64,000 nt of DNA from a virus, in IMG/VR virus record IMGVR_UViG_3300045988_067909; one strand, given 5' to 3'. The position numbers and the translations under genes are program-made. The notes below the pieces were generated by a model. It ran no database searches and was not told where the DNA came from. It worked only from the letters and a program-made list of their open reading frames with translations. Shown piece after piece: positions 22,452-31,951 of this stretch. How positions within the stretch are numbered: the stretch's first letter is position 1; the number at the start of each line of letters is the position of its first letter.

Positions 22452-22748
22452 ATGGAAAGACAATTGTTATATCCTGTAACTGAAGATATTAAACAATTGG
22501 CATTAGATATCTTACATAAGATGAAAATCACTCAATTGTATGAAGCTAATGCTTATTCATTCGATACACCTTATGGTGTATTTAATGCTACGGCACAAGA
22601 AGATGATGGATACTTGTACGTACGTACTTCATGTGAACGTGTTGATCATGTAGTATCTTGGTATAGTGCTGAACGTGAACGTTATACTCAAGAAGACTTA
22701 GAAATCTTATTCATTGCTATGGGTAAGATTTATGCGAAAGGATTCTAG
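22452..22748 (+). CDS. Hypothetical protein (98 aa)
   Basis: Strong SD (AAGGAGGT). Confidence 0.35.
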   Translation: MERQLLYPVTEDIKQLALDILHKMKITQLYEANAYSFDTPYGVFNATAQEDDGYLYVRTSCERVDHVVSWYSAERERYTQEDLEILFIAMGKIYAKGF

Positions 22749-22749
22749 T

Positions 22750-23256
22750 ATGAATATAGATCAATTCCTAATAGACTCTGAGGAACTAATTAGAAGTCTA
22801 TATAAAACCACAAAAGATCTAGACGTTCTAATCAAACAAGAAGAACCTAAAGCCATCGTAAATGGGGAACCTGTATACGATGGAGACGGTTATTTCTATA
22901 GTATCAATGGTGATACTAAGGGCTTTGCTCAATTGTACGCTATGCTAACAAACGTAGAGCCTAGTGACATTGTTTTCTATATGATTAGGAATCAACATTT
23001 GTCAGATAGATTCTTAGATTTTGATATGAATGATAAATTCAAGGTCAGAGTTTATGCTGATACATTGGTAGAACGTTTGACTATTAGATTTACTGATAAA
23101 GCTGGTCAAACACAAACAATGGCATTTAATACTAAGTACGTAATAGACTTATATACAGAAGAGCTTAAACAGCTCTTCTATTCAGCTATTACATGCGCTC
23201 TATTGATATATTACTCTAATCAATATGTAGAGGTGACTGAAGATGGATTACAATAA
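22750..23256 (+). CDS. Hypothetical protein (168 aa from ATG 22750; the ORF track starts at 22714)
   Basis: ATG MNIDQFL, preceded by AAAGGA. Confidence 0.3.
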   Translation: MNIDQFLIDSEELIRSLYKTTKDLDVLIKQEEPKAIVNGEPVYDGDGYFYSINGDTKGFAQLYAMLTNVEPSDIVFYMIRNQHLSDRFLDFDMNDKFKVRVYADTLVERLTIRFTDKAGQTQTMAFNTKYVIDLYTEELKQLFYSAITCALLIYYSNQYVEVTEDGLQ

Positions 23257-23911
23257 ACTGCTTCTTGATGCTGCTAAACAAATTACATCTGTCACCAAGA
23301 AGCCTTCTAATGAGATTGCTAACTCTTTTGAAAGATTCATCAATGAGAATATTCCAGAAGAGTTAATCTTTGAATCACCAAAGATTTGCATGGCTTATAT
23401 TGATAGATTGAATTTTAAGAATAATGACACTTATCAAGCATTCAGAAACTCTGTATGCTATAAAGATGTCTTATCTGCAATCAATGGTATTCATATACCT
23501 ATCAGTACAAGAACTATTACACAGTATGAAGTTGATTATATCTTACGTAATCCTTACGTATACAAGGATGATCAAGATATTATTGATTACATGGTACAAT
23601 ACTTAGAGACTATTAATATGGAACTTGACGAATATCTTAGATTCATTAAGTTCTTAATTATAGCTAATCTAGGATTCTTTAGATGTAAGCTAGATGTAAT
23701 GGCTATTGAGCCAGCTACTGATATGAGTCAATTACCATTATACACAGCTTTAGGTATCTTAGTATCTGACTCAGCATTACATGAGAAATTCTTATTCAAT
23801 AACCCAATGGAAATGAAACAAGCTTTCGACAAAGTTGTTGAATTAGGTATAGCTGGTCAGTACATCATAGATACCATAATTAAGGAGATGAACAAATATG
23901 ACCAACGATAA
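23243..23911 (+). CDS. Hypothetical protein (222 aa)
   Basis: ORF that overlaps its neighbours by a few codons. Confidence 0.35.
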   Translation: MDYNKLLLDAAKQITSVTKKPSNEIANSFERFINENIPEELIFESPKICMAYIDRLNFKNNDTYQAFRNSVCYKDVLSAINGIHIPISTRTITQYEVDYILRNPYVYKDDQDIIDYMVQYLETINMELDEYLRFIKFLIIANLGFFRCKLDVMAIEPATDMSQLPLYTALGILVSDSALHEKFLFNNPMEMKQAFDKVVELGIAGQYIIDTIIKEMNKYDQR

Positions 23912-24059
23912 CAAAGATATGTGTATCAATGTATTGGAGATTATGTTTGACTATGTCTCTGATTATACTCATAAAGTTCCAGATATGGATAAGAAAGATG
24001 AGAATGGTAACAATGTTCATCTTTTAAATATTATGGAACTTCATGGGGTAGAATTATAG
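23898..24059 (+). CDS. Possible small protein (53 aa), not in the supplied track
   Basis: ATG preceded by AAGGAG. Translates to MTNDNKDMCINVLEIMFDYVSDYTHKVPDMDKKDENGNNVHLLNIMELHGVEL. It fills the gap before the 24088 gene. Confidence 0.25.
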   Translation: MTNDNKDMCINVLEIMFDYVSDYTHKVPDMDKKDENGNNVHLLNIMELHGVEL

Positions 24060-24087
24060 TGTGTACTTTTAAAGAAAGGATATCTGT

Positions 24088-24633
24088 ATGGTAAGAAAGA
24101 GATATTCTAATGTAAAAGTATCAGACAACTTAAAAGCTATCTCCGAAGATAACGAATATGGTAATCTCATACTTCATAAGAAGTATGGGATTATCCCATA
24201 TTTTAAGTTTACAAGATACTTAAGTAAACTAAGAAAACATTCACCATCGTATAAGGAACTTAGAGCCATGGCTTGTTTCATTAGAATAGCCAAACTAATC
24301 TTTTTTTATACACCCGGTGATAGATTAGATAAATCTGATATGGGTCTATCTGAATATAGATTAGATGCTCATTTCAAAGATGATGATGTAATCATTTCTT
24401 ACTTCCCTAAACCACATATTAAGATTACTATCACTCTATCATATCTTGAAGATATCAATATTAGAATCTACAACTATGATGAAGAGAAAGAGCAGACTAA
24501 TGTATCATTCTCTGATGGTAATGCTAGTATAGAATGCTTAGAAGATGAGCAAATGTTTATTAACATCATTCGTCCATTAATGGGCGGATTCTGTAATATC
24601 TTAGAATACTATTACAACGCAAAAACAGAATAG
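24088..24633 (+). CDS. Hypothetical protein (181 aa)
   Basis: ORF with SD (AAAGGA). A terminator follows it. Confidence 0.35.
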   Translation: MVRKRYSNVKVSDNLKAISEDNEYGNLILHKKYGIIPYFKFTRYLSKLRKHSPSYKELRAMACFIRIAKLIFFYTPGDRLDKSDMGLSEYRLDAHFKDDDVIISYFPKPHIKITITLSYLEDINIRIYNYDEEKEQTNVSFSDGNASIECLEDEQMFINIIRPLMGGFCNILEYYYNAKTE

Positions 24634-24662
24634 GGCCAATGGCTCTATTCTGATTATTTTTT
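24628..24662 (+). terminator. Intrinsic terminator
   Basis: gaatagggcc-aat-ggctctattc hairpin with one G.U pair, then tgattatttttt. Confidence 0.5.
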
Positions 24663-24766
24663 GTCTAAATAGGCTTATAATGAAGAATCTTTCACGTAGA
24701 AAATTATTACACACACAACGTACTAATACAAGAGAAATTAAGCTTGGTAGAGGTGGTGAAAGACCG

Positions 24767-25873
24767 ATGAAAGACAGTAATTTATTCATAGAAGCACATA
24801 TATCAGATATACATTTTGGGGTAATAGACCCAAAGATAACTTATAAGATTCTTAGTGAGCAATTCACTAATGTAATAGCAAATATAAACGATTTAGACTT
24901 GGTATCCATAAACGGAGACTTATTCCATCATAAGTTTATGGGTAATTCAGATGCTATCTTTTATGCATTGAAATTTGTAGATGAATTAGTAGCAGTATGT
25001 CGTAATAAGAGATGTACTTTATTCATCTTACATGGTACACCATCTCATGATGCCAATCAAACTAAGCTATTTTATCAATATATGAACGATAATACCGTAG
25101 ACGTTAGAGTCATAGAGACTATACGGTTTGAATATGTAAATGGTAAGAAGATTCTCTGTATTCCTGAGATACCTGGGTTAGGTAAAGAATATTATGAGAA
25201 TATATTATATACTGAGACATACGATTCTGTATGTGCACATGGAACTATCCGTGGAGCTATTTATGGGAGAAATGCAGAAGATTTAGATGCACCATCCCCA
25301 GTATTTAGTATGAATAACTTTATTTTATCTAATGGGCCAGTAATAGCTGGTCATGTTCATGTACCAGGTTGCTATGAAAGAGACTGGTACTATTGTGGTT
25401 CACCAATTCGATGGAATTTTGGTGAAGAACAGCCTAAGGGCTTTGTAATTTTAGTCCATAATACCTATACAAGACAGTATTATGTGAAATATATGCACAT
25501 TGAGTCATTTAGATATGATACCATCAATATAGATGATATGATAGCTAGTGACCCAGTAACCATTTACAACTATTTGATGGACCTTAAAGCTCAGGGTATT
25601 GATAATATCCGTATTGAGCTTACAGCAGACCATCCAAATATTAATATACTTAGAGACAAGTTTAGAAATGACGGCTCGATTAAATTCAAATGTGATTTCA
25701 AGAATGATATCATAAGACAACAAGCCAACGAAGTCTCAGAAAAATTTAAAGAGTATGACTATATTACTGATAAGAATCTATCAGAGTATGAAATACTCAC
25801 TAGATACATCAATAATAATAAAGGTTATACTTTTATAACTACAGACCAATTGATCGATTTGTTAAAAGAGTAA
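24767..25873 (+). CDS. SbcD/Mre11-family calcineurin-like phosphoesterase nuclease (T4 gp47-like)
   Basis: Motifs ISDIHFG, INGDLFHHK, LHGTPSHD and GHVHVPG, in the order of metallophosphatase motifs I to V. The in-frame ORF opens at 24680; I prefer ATG 24767 after GGTGGTGAAAG. No SbcC/Rad50 partner is present in this window. Confidence 0.6.
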   Translation: MKDSNLFIEAHISDIHFGVIDPKITYKILSEQFTNVIANINDLDLVSINGDLFHHKFMGNSDAIFYALKFVDELVAVCRNKRCTLFILHGTPSHDANQTKLFYQYMNDNTVDVRVIETIRFEYVNGKKILCIPEIPGLGKEYYENILYTETYDSVCAHGTIRGAIYGRNAEDLDAPSPVFSMNNFILSNGPVIAGHVHVPGCYERDWYYCGSPIRWNFGEEQPKGFVILVHNTYTRQYYVKYMHIESFRYDTINIDDMIASDPVTIYNYLMDLKAQGIDNIRIELTADHPNINILRDKFRNDGSIKFKCDFKNDIIRQQANEVSEKFKEYDYITDKNLSEYEILTRYINNNKGYTFITTDQLIDLLKE

Positions 25874-25888
25874 AGTGAGGTAAGATTA

Positions 25889-28087
25889 ATGGCTAGAGGT
25901 AATGAATTAAACAATAAATTCATGATTGAATGGCCTAATCTAGTTATATACGTTAGGTATGTATTCCAAACGCTATACAGACAAGACAATCGAGAAATCT
26001 TAGCTACGTTGTTAAAGCTTATGAATAAGATGGATCCTGAAAAGGTTTATGATATCAAGACTCAAGAAAAGCATATAAACGTATTTAAGTTTCTCAAGGC
26101 TTTATTAGAAAGAAGACTTAATGGTAATAAAGATAAAGATCTTCTTATTGAAGTGTGTACTGATGGTCTAATCAAGAAACACTTACCATTAAATCAAATA
26201 GATAACCCATTGAATAGTAGTGACTTTGCAGTTATAGAGCAACGTATCTATTCTGACTATGAAAACTATTCAGTTATCACATACATGGCACAAGCCCATG
26301 ATAAATTCATTGAGTTGACTACAGCTGGTAGCCAACTAGAACGTGAAGCAGTATTAAAAGATATGCGTCTTAGATTACGTGATATTGGTACGACTTTACG
26401 TCAAACAGCTAATACAGCAACAGGGTCAGAGACATTCTCATTGACAGATTCTGATGTATTTATTAGAACTATGGGTAATGTATATGACCGTTTGCATAAT
26501 CCATCTACTAAGCTTAAGACTGGTATGCAAGCATTTAATAATATCATCTCTGGTGGTTTCGAGAATGGACGTATCTATCTATTATTCGGTCTACCAGGTG
26601 AGGGTAAATCAATGACAATGCTTAACTTAGCATTGCAATTGAAGAAATTCAATAGACAATATCAACCAAAAGATCCAACTAAAAGACCATGTATTGTGTA
26701 TCTTACAATGGAAAACTCTCTTGAAGAAACCATTGAACGTGCACATGGTATCTTAGTAGCTAAAGATTTTGATAAAAGATTATCATTAGAAGAAATGACA
26801 GAGCAATTTAAGAATAGTGGCTTTGCTGTAACTGATGATGACCCTATTGATATCGTTATTAAGTATATTCCAGCCAATACTGTAGATACAGACTATGTAT
26901 ATGCATTGTATGATGAGCTGGCAGATAGTAATAAAGAAGTCATTTGTATGGTACAAGACTATATCAAGCGTATTAAATGTCGTGATTTTGATATTCTTGG
27001 TAAAGACCCATACATGGCACTAGGCTCTGTAGTAGATGAGTTTAAACAATTTGCTATAGACAAAGATATTCCAGTTATAACTGCATCACAGTTAAACCGT
27101 GAAGCGGCTAAAGCTATCGATGAGGGACGTAAGATTAGTCGTAATAACTTGGTAGAATGTGTCGGTCGTAACAATATCGGTGAGTCTATCAAGATTCTAG
27201 AAAATATCGATAGTGGTATTATCATTATTCCAGAGAAAGATGCCGCAGATAATCCTTATATGGGCTTCTCTCTCATTAAGAGTCGTTATGGTACTAACGC
27301 ACCTAAGAGATTCTATCATCCATTCAATCCAGAGAAGCCAGTTGAGTTGCTCTGTGATGAGGGATGTACAACACCTGTTCATAGATTGACTATGACAGAC
27401 TTATCATTAGCAGCACAAAATGCTGAATCTGTAAGAAATACTAAACCAGAAGAGGTTAAGAGTGCTGAAAGTGAATTAAAGTCTACAGACCCTAAGATTC
27501 CTGTTAAAGAAGAACCTAAAGAGGAAGCTAAACCTGTAGATAAAGAACAAGCTAGATTAGAACGTCAAAAGAAAAAGATGACACCAGAGTATTCTGGTAC
27601 ATTACCTAGTGGTACTAAAGCTATTGCTCGAGGAGTTAATCCATTTGCTATAGCTAAACTAGAAATGACAGTTGACAAGTTTAATCAAGATAAGATTAAT
27701 GGGTTTAAGAAGTCTGAATATACTGATCGTTCATTAGATATGATTAAGTATAACTTAGAGATTCCTGTTAATGCATTAGAATCTGATATATGTCCATATA
27801 TCCCACCAGAAGAATTTGATGAAATGGTATATGTACGTAAAGGTAGAGCTAATGAGGCTTTAGATAGAGCTCAGGCGAGAGAATATTTAAATCTTATTAA
27901 GAAATGGTCTCCACGTCAAGGTGAGTTTAAGTCTCCATCTATGTTTGTGGCACTACCAAATCAAAGTCTATTATCTGTAGGGTACTTTGCTGAGCAACAT
28001 GGTATGAAAGATAAAATCAAACCTATGTTTAGAAGTGCAGAACCAATCCCTATGTTTATAGAAGAACCAAAGTATGATATTGGATAA
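25889..28087 (+). CDS. DnaB-family replicative helicase with a C-terminal extension of about 260 aa
   Basis: Walker A GLPGEGKSMT sits in a DnaB-like context (SGGFENGRIYLLFG...LNLALQL), about 230 aa from the N-terminus as in DnaB. The RecA-like core ends near aa 470. A Lys/Glu-rich tail follows, with no intein blocks. Confidence 0.6.
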   Translation: MARGNELNNKFMIEWPNLVIYVRYVFQTLYRQDNREILATLLKLMNKMDPEKVYDIKTQEKHINVFKFLKALLERRLNGNKDKDLLIEVCTDGLIKKHLPLNQIDNPLNSSDFAVIEQRIYSDYENYSVITYMAQAHDKFIELTTAGSQLEREAVLKDMRLRLRDIGTTLRQTANTATGSETFSLTDSDVFIRTMGNVYDRLHNPSTKLKTGMQAFNNIISGGFENGRIYLLFGLPGEGKSMTMLNLALQLKKFNRQYQPKDPTKRPCIVYLTMENSLEETIERAHGILVAKDFDKRLSLEEMTEQFKNSGFAVTDDDPIDIVIKYIPANTVDTDYVYALYDELADSNKEVICMVQDYIKRIKCRDFDILGKDPYMALGSVVDEFKQFAIDKDIPVITASQLNREAAKAIDEGRKISRNNLVECVGRNNIGESIKILENIDSGIIIIPEKDAADNPYMGFSLIKSRYGTNAPKRFYHPFNPEKPVELLCDEGCTTPVHRLTMTDLSLAAQNAESVRNTKPEEVKSAESELKSTDPKIPVKEEPKEEAKPVDKEQARLERQKKKMTPEYSGTLPSGTKAIARGVNPFAIAKLEMTVDKFNQDKINGFKKSEYTDRSLDMIKYNLEIPVNALESDICPYIPPEEFDEMVYVRKGRANEALDRAQAREYLNLIKKWSPRQGEFKSPSMFVALPNQSLLSVGYFAEQHGMKDKIKPMFRSAEPIPMFIEEPKYDIG

Positions 28088-28095
28088 AAAACACA

Positions 28096-28116
28096 GAAGA
28101 GTACAGTGTACTCTTC
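28096..28116. terminator. Bidirectional hairpin between the convergent helicase gene and the 28127 minus-strand gene
   Basis: gaagagtac-agt-gtactcttc. A U-run follows on the minus strand. Confidence 0.45.
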
Positions 28117-28126
28117 CGTGGATAGA

Positions 28127-28552
28127 TTAGGTTATATCATGTGAGTAGTTATAAGAATCTATATACTTCTTATTAGAAGCATAGACATACGAAAGTAAAT
28201 TAAGTAGTTCTTTCTTTGGAATCAAGTATATAGTCTTCTTATTAAAGTCTTTGATACTATATAAACCATTGATAGCTAGTATGATATAATGGAATTCACT
28301 ATTACCATAGATATCATTAGCCAAGAGTTTTGGTTTGTATTTGTATTTACGAAACTCTTCATCAGTCAAGGTTATCTTATATGCTTCTCTCTTGAAGTCA
28401 CTAAGATAGTCTGTAGTGATTAAGTTTCTAAAAGGGATTTCCAATGTCCCTTTGGATGACGATTTCATATAGTACGAATAAGCATGAAAGTCTGAGTTAT
28501 TCATTGGTTTCATACTAATGAATTCTTGGATACTACTTATCTCTGTAGGCAT
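28127..28552 (-). CDS. Hypothetical protein (141 aa)
   Basis: ORF that overlaps the upstream minus-strand gene by 20 nt. Confidence 0.35.
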   Translation of the reverse strand: MPTEISSIQEFISMKPMNNSDFHAYSYYMKSSSKGTLEIPFRNLITTDYLSDFKREAYKITLTDEEFRKYKYKPKLLANDIYGNSEFHYIILAINGLYSIKDFNKKTIYLIPKKELLNLLSYVYASNKKYIDSYNYSHDIT

Positions 28553-28901
28553 CGTAATCCCTCCCTATAACAATTGGTTTAGTAATATCACCACTAGGGA
28601 AACCGATTATAAATCTAGTCCCAGGTGGGATATATTTATATGGATATTGTCTAGCAACTTCTTTAGGCATTTCCACTAATATATTAGACCCAACCTGAAT
28701 CTTGCCACCTTTGATAGGTTCTTTATTGACAAGATTTGATGGTTGTACGTTTATAGTTTGCTTTGTGTTAGACTTAAGATTCATAGGATTTAAAGAGGGT
28801 AAATAGAAAGTTTGAAATCCTGGCTTATATTTATCACAAGGCGATGTTAATATACCGATTTCGGTGTGTTGGAAGTCGGTATTAGTGTTATATTCGTTCA
28901 T
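28533..28901 (-). CDS. Hypothetical protein (122 aa)
   Basis: ORF with an SD (GGAGGAT) in the divergent region 28902..28953. Confidence 0.35.
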   Translation of the reverse strand: MNEYNTNTDFQHTEIGILTSPCDKYKPGFQTFYLPSLNPMNLKSNTKQTINVQPSNLVNKEPIKGGKIQVGSNILVEMPKEVARQYPYKYIPPGTRFIIGFPSGDITKPIVIGRDYDAYRDK

Positions 28902-28953
28902 GTCGTAAATCCTCCTGATTACAATACTGTTTCAGAGGTAGAAAGGTACTCTT

Positions 28954-29490
28954 ATGGGAAGCATGTTTGTTAGTGTTCAAAAGTTTCCAACTTATACGAG
29001 ACAAGAGTTTGAGAAAGATGTATTCTATACATGTGGTTTAGTATACAATCCAGCTAAGTCTCTACAGATTATGTTTGAAACTGATGTAGGACAGTTAATT
29101 CCTGTATTTATTAAAGGTAGACCATTATGTTTTGAGCAAGATGCTCAAGCATTGACTCTACAAAACCCAGTTATCTATGATCCATTGAATAATGTGGCTA
29201 TTATGAAGACATTATTCGATATGTATCTAGATTTGGTCCAAGAATCTCCTACAGTGGTTACTTATGCTAAAGTCAACCCTAAGAAAAGAGATATTAAGGG
29301 TCAAGTACAAATTGTAATGGATAATGGTGTAACGTATTCATCTGGCATCTATTACAATGACAGTCTTAAGTATATGGACTGTATAAATTATTTATGCGGA
29401 TATGATACTTCCAATTTGAAAGAGATAGACTTTACTCAATCTGAAATGGAAGCTATCAAAGAACGCAGTAGAGCTAAGAGAGGCCAATAA
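28954..29490 (+). CDS. Hypothetical protein (178 aa)
   Basis: ORF; no motifs. Confidence 0.35.
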   Translation: MGSMFVSVQKFPTYTRQEFEKDVFYTCGLVYNPAKSLQIMFETDVGQLIPVFIKGRPLCFEQDAQALTLQNPVIYDPLNNVAIMKTLFDMYLDLVQESPTVVTYAKVNPKKRDIKGQVQIVMDNGVTYSSGIYYNDSLKYMDCINYLCGYDTSNLKEIDFTQSEMEAIKERSRAKRGQ

Positions 29491-29492
29491 AG

Positions 29493-29816
29493 ATGAAACA
29501 AATTCTAGAGACTCAAGAAAAGTTGAATAAATATATTATGTACGCAGTATTTACTGGATTAGCAATTATTACTGCTATAACTATAGCTGGTGCAGTATTT
29601 GGTGTATTCAGAAGTCATGATGGTGGTAGAACTGCGCAAATCAGACCTATATTGGAAGAGCATATCCCTCCTGTTGGTGGACAAGTAGCAGTAACCTACG
29701 ATTATCCAACGAGTGATGCTATCAATCAGATGATTGCTCAAGGATATACTGTAGAGACTATTATTTATGATAATTTTAAAGACCAAGCTATTGTAGTATA
29801 CAAACGGGTGAAGTAA
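29493..29816 (+). CDS. Small membrane-anchored protein, paralog 1 of 4 (N-terminal TM helix plus a ~60-aa exported domain)
   Basis: Hydrophobic stretch YIMYAVFTGLAIITAITIAGAVFGVF. The C-terminal domain ends ...QGYTVETIIYDNFKDQAIVVYKRVK, matching the family motif shared with the next three ORFs. Confidence 0.5.
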   Translation: MKQILETQEKLNKYIMYAVFTGLAIITAITIAGAVFGVFRSHDGGRTAQIRPILEEHIPPVGGQVAVTYDYPTSDAINQMIAQGYTVETIIYDNFKDQAIVVYKRVK

Positions 29817-29817
29817 A

Positions 29818-30108
29818 ATGAAAAAATTTGTGTTTTTAGTGATGATTATGATTTCTCTAGTTTCAATTACAGGTTGTACTACAAGTTTAAGTTCAACTCA
29901 TGATAGAGCGGTTGATCTTAATGAAAAAGCATTAAAAGATTTAACCCCAGCTATAAATGATACTGTTGTAGTTTCTTATGAAAGTGATGCTGAAGTAAAC
30001 CAAGGTATAGCTGATATGAAAGATCGTGGTTTTAAAATTAAAGGTGTAACTGTACGTAGCACTAGTTATGATGGAAGAACTGTAGTTGTTTATACACGGG
30101 TACAATAA
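29818..30108 (+). CDS. Small lipoprotein, paralog 2 of 4
   Basis: Signal peptide and lipobox (LVSITGC). C-terminus GIADMKDRGFKIKGVTV...TVVVYTRVQ. Confidence 0.55.
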   Translation: MKKFVFLVMIMISLVSITGCTTSLSSTHDRAVDLNEKALKDLTPAINDTVVVSYESDAEVNQGIADMKDRGFKIKGVTVRSTSYDGRTVVVYTRVQ

Positions 30109-30109
30109 T

Positions 30110-30412
30110 ATGAGAACTTTAATGATTGTATTTCTTACAGTAGTTGCATTCTTTGTTGCAAGCTGTGGTATAGATACTAGACCTACTGCTGAGAAAGCAC
30201 CTGAGGTGGCTGTTATGATTAATGATAAGTCATTAGAAAAAGCTACACCAGATATTGGTGGTATTAAGCTAGTCAAATATAGTCCAGTATTTGCTAATGA
30301 GGGTATAGCTGATATGGAGTCTCGTGGTTATAAAGTAAAGCAAATATCAGAGACTTCTGCTACACTATTCCAATCACCATCAACTACGGTTATGTATGAA
30401 AGGGTAAAATAA
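30110..30412 (+). CDS. Small lipoprotein, paralog 3 of 4 (the track ORF starts at 30086; ATG 30110 preferred)
   Basis: Signal peptide and lipobox (FFVASC). C-terminus EGIADMESRGYKVKQIS...TTVMYERVK. Start MRTLMIV lies 2 nt after the upstream stop. Confidence 0.5.
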   Translation: MRTLMIVFLTVVAFFVASCGIDTRPTAEKAPEVAVMINDKSLEKATPDIGGIKLVKYSPVFANEGIADMESRGYKVKQISETSATLFQSPSTTVMYERVK

Positions 30413-30413
30413 T

Positions 30414-30719
30414 ATGAAAACTTTTATAGGTTGTATTATAGCTATTATTCTTATAGGTATTGGTTCTTTTATATACTATCATACTGATTTAGTAAGACAA
30501 GAGACATCAGACCAAAAGTTTAATGTAGCTGTAGCACAAAACAATACATCTTTACAAGAATATACACCAGCTGTTGGGGATACTAAGTCTATGCTTTATA
30601 AGACTAAGTATGCTACATATGGTATCGACAATATGACGGCTCGTGGATATCAATTACTTACAGTATATACTGATGATAGACATTATGAAACCTTCGTCGT
30701 ATTCAAGAGGGTGAGATAA
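30414..30719 (+). CDS. Small membrane-anchored protein, paralog 4 of 4
   Basis: N-terminal TM helix (CIIAIILIGIGSFIYY). C-terminus GIDNMTARGYQLLTVYT...TFVVFKRVR. Confidence 0.5.
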   Translation: MKTFIGCIIAIILIGIGSFIYYHTDLVRQETSDQKFNVAVAQNNTSLQEYTPAVGDTKSMLYKTKYATYGIDNMTARGYQLLTVYTDDRHYETFVVFKRVR

Positions 30720-31915
30720 TGAAATTCCAATTAAACCCAGGACAGCAGGCAGTCGTTGACGCTGCTGTCAACTGGTTTAATAATAGCTCTGAATTGGTGT
30801 TTCAGTATACTGGTGCTGCTGGTACTGGTAAGACTGTTGTACTATTTGAGATTATTAACCGTTTAGGGTTATCTATAGATGAGCTATTACCTATGAGCTT
30901 TACTGGTACAGCAGCTATAGTTATGCGTAATCGTGGTTTATTCACAGCTAAGACTATACATGCATCTATCTATGAGCCTGTAGAGCAAATCCAATATGAT
31001 GGGTTAGGTAGACCTATTATGGATCCATACTTTAACAAGCCTAAAGTTACAACTAAGTTTGTTAAACGTGAGCAACTAGAGGGTGTTAAGCTTATCTTAA
31101 TAGATGAAGCTTCTATGACACCTAAGTCTATGGTTAAAGACATTGAATCTTTTGGTATTAAGATTATAGCCTGTGGTGATTTGAATCAGTTACCACCTGT
31201 AGCTGATGAACCAGGTTACTTAGTAGACGGTAAGGTTCATTTTTTAACTGATATTATGCGTCAAGGAGAGAACTCTGGTATCATCTATTTAGCAGATAGA
31301 GCTATTAAAGGGCTTCCTATACACTATGGCACTTATAATAATGCTGTAGTTATAGATGAAGATATGCTTACTGATGACTTCTTGATACAGTCTCCTATAA
31401 TATTGACATGTAAGAATGCTACAAGAGAAACTATTAATGATTATCTACGAGACTTACGTGGTGTAAAGTCTAAGTTACCTATGCATGGTGAACCAGTTAT
31501 CTGTAGAAAGAATAACTGGAGTATAGAGTGTGATGGTATTAACTTAGTTAATGGACTACGTGGTACAGTAGAGAACTTCCCAGATGTATCTTCTCGTGGT
31601 AGTGAACGTAATATCTTTAAGATAGACTTTAGACAGGGTAGACTATTATTTAGAGATGTCAAGTGTGACTATGATTATTTCAATGCAGACTATGATGATA
31701 AGAATAGACTACGTAATAGTCCTTACTCTCCGGGGAATAAGATTGAGTTAGCATATGCTATCACTACACATCTCTCTCAAGGTTCTCAGTATTATTCTGG
31801 AATATTCATTGAAGAGTGGTTACGTAAGGATATTATGCCCAACTTAATATATACTGGTATAACCAGATTCTCTGATTATATGATATATGTAAAACGCAAA
31901 CCTAAGTTCTACTAG
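30719..31915 (+). CDS. Dda/RecD-like SF1 DNA helicase
   Basis: Walker A GAAGTGKT, Walker B LILIDEASM, and the C-terminal motif ITTHLSQGSQY (compare TxHKSQG). Length about 400 aa. Its start overlaps the upstream stop (TAATGA). Confidence 0.6.
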   Translation: MKFQLNPGQQAVVDAAVNWFNNSSELVFQYTGAAGTGKTVVLFEIINRLGLSIDELLPMSFTGTAAIVMRNRGLFTAKTIHASIYEPVEQIQYDGLGRPIMDPYFNKPKVTTKFVKREQLEGVKLILIDEASMTPKSMVKDIESFGIKIIACGDLNQLPPVADEPGYLVDGKVHFLTDIMRQGENSGIIYLADRAIKGLPIHYGTYNNAVVIDEDMLTDDFLIQSPIILTCKNATRETINDYLRDLRGVKSKLPMHGEPVICRKNNWSIECDGINLVNGLRGTVENFPDVSSRGSERNIFKIDFRQGRLLFRDVKCDYDYFNADYDDKNRLRNSPYSPGNKIELAYAITTHLSQGSQYYSGIFIEEWLRKDIMPNLIYTGITRFSDYMIYVKRKPKFY

Positions 31916-31951
31916 AGTTATATATTATAAGTATGAAAGGAGGCGTATACT

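Noticed and set aside
24601-24789. Minus-strand 62-aa ORF across the 24628 terminator
   Set aside because: It spans a terminator hairpin and the start region of the sbcD-like gene, and has no SD.
25889-28087. Intein in the oversized DnaB helicase
   Set aside because: There is no Cys/Ser+1 junction, no TxxH block B and no terminal HN-Cys/Ser/Thr. The extra length is a C-terminal tail, not an insertion.
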